Source: Mobula hypostoma (lineage: Eukaryota). Taken from it: a stretch of 64,000 bases of DNA. The stretch's first letter is position 1. Every line of letters starts with the position of its first letter. The stretch lies in assembly GCF_963921235.1 (NCBI RefSeq), contig NC_086108.1:31312001-31376000 (forward strand). The letters run 5' to 3'. A model generated the notes under the pieces. That model saw nothing but the letters and a program-made list of their open reading frames with translations, did not search any database and had not been told where the DNA came from. Positions 62,777-64,000 of the stretch are shown here, piece by piece. Position numbers and translations under genes: made by a program.

Positions 62777-63442
62777 AGGGAGGAAAAGATGACAGCACGA
62801 CGCAGCTCGCAGTGGCCACTCCGGCGGTGATATCTGTAATCTGTCAAGTAGGGTGCCGTGCACAATCCTGATTTGATGGAGACAGATGTGAGAGCACAGA
62901 GGAACATCTGGTGAAACTCCTGAAATGCCTGTTTCGCTGCCGCTGCTACTGTGTGATCCAGAATCTCCAGAGGGGAAGGCCCCGAGTCCTTGGCTTTGCT
63001 TGTTGCTCGGCGGTTGGGGAGGGGTCAAAGCGCTCGGCAGAGATGGTGCTTGGTGTCGGAGGCGCGAAGTTTTCGGACGGACTCAGAGTCAGCTGCGGTT
63101 GGGTGCTTCCAATGGAGCGGCATCGGCAAGTTTGCGGCGCTTGGAGGTTCATGGCAGGGGGAGCTTCTCTCTTCTACCGTCTGCGTGAGATGATGGGGCT
63201 ATCGGGACTTGAGACTTTTACTGTGCCCATGGTCTGCTCTTTATCAAATTACAGTATTGCTTTGCACTGTTGTAACTATATGTTATCATAATGTGGTTTT
63301 GTCAGTTTTAGTCTTGGTTTGTCCTGTGTTTCTGTGATATCGCTCTGGAGGAGCATTGTATCATTTTTTAATGCATGCATTTCTAAATGACAATAAACGA
63401 GGACTGAGTGTCCTCATAATCTAATCTAATAATCTAATCTAA
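62777..63442 (+). mobile_element. ~640-bp SINE-like retroposon, copy 5
   Basis: agggaggaaaagatgacagc head; gaggactgagtgtcctc hairpin; (taatc)n tail. Confidence 0.88.
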
Positions 63443-64000
63443 ATGTGGGACTGAGTTTAAGAGCCAAGAGGTAATTTTGCAGCTATATGGAGTGCTGTGC
63501 TCAGTTCTGGTCGCCTCACTATAGGAAGGACATGGAAATTATAGAAAGGGTGCAGAGGAGACTTACAACGATGTTGCCTGGATTGGGGAGCGTGCCTTAT
63601 GAGAATAGGTTGAGCGAACTCGGCCTTTTCTCCTTGGAGCGATGGAGGATGAGAGGTGACTTTATAGAGGTGTACAAGATAATGAGAGGCATTGATCGTG
63701 TGGATAGTCAGAGGCTTTTCCCCAGGGCTGAAATGGCTAGCATGAGAGGGCATAGTTTTAACGTGCTTGGAAGTAGGTACGGGGGAGATGTCAGGGGAAA
63801 ATTTTTTACACAGAGAGCGGTGAGTGTGTGGAACAGGCTGCCAGCAGTGGTGGTAGAGGCAGAAATGATAGGATCTTTTAAGAGACTCCTGGATGGCTGC
63901 ATGGAGCTTAGAAAAATAGAGGGCTATGGGTAAAGCCTAGGTAGTTCTAAGGTAAGGACATGTTCAGCACAGCTTTGTGGGCCAAAGGGCCTGTATTGTG
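63443..64000 (+). mobile_element. CR1 3' fragment (same family as 46229-49800), runs to the window edge
   Basis: ECCAQFWSPHYRKD, RGKFFTQR; 3' UTR matches the reverse complement of 46255-46330. Confidence 0.9.

Overview
Eukaryotic, non-coding, very repeat-dense DNA. The repeat mix (several CR1 families, Rex1/Babar, Penelope-like elements, tRNA-derived SINEs) suggests a cartilaginous fish, probably a ray; this is inference. I found no convincing host protein-coding exon, and essentially all ORFs in the track are retroelement fragments or their antisense shadows. Main contents: (i) many nested CR1 and Rex1/Babar LINE fragments. (ii) A Neptune-type Penelope-like element (PLE; RT + GIY-YIG) family. 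It has one near-complete copy (41200-44171, 11-bp TSD), several truncated or inverted copies, and tiny non-coding derivatives. All of them carry a minimal type I hammerhead ribozyme motif near the 3' end. (iii) A Gypsy LTR element with PNMA-like gag, a tRNA-Pro PBS and a deleted RT (35116-40426). (iv) An internally deleted RTE element with a structured 5' UTR. (v) Five copies of a ~640-bp non-coding retroposon with no tRNA head, a 5' AAGATGGCG motif and a 3' hairpin plus (TAATC)n tail. (vi) A 402-bp mariner-derived MITE. Boundaries without a TSD are approximate, and family assignments come from motif recognition, not database searches.
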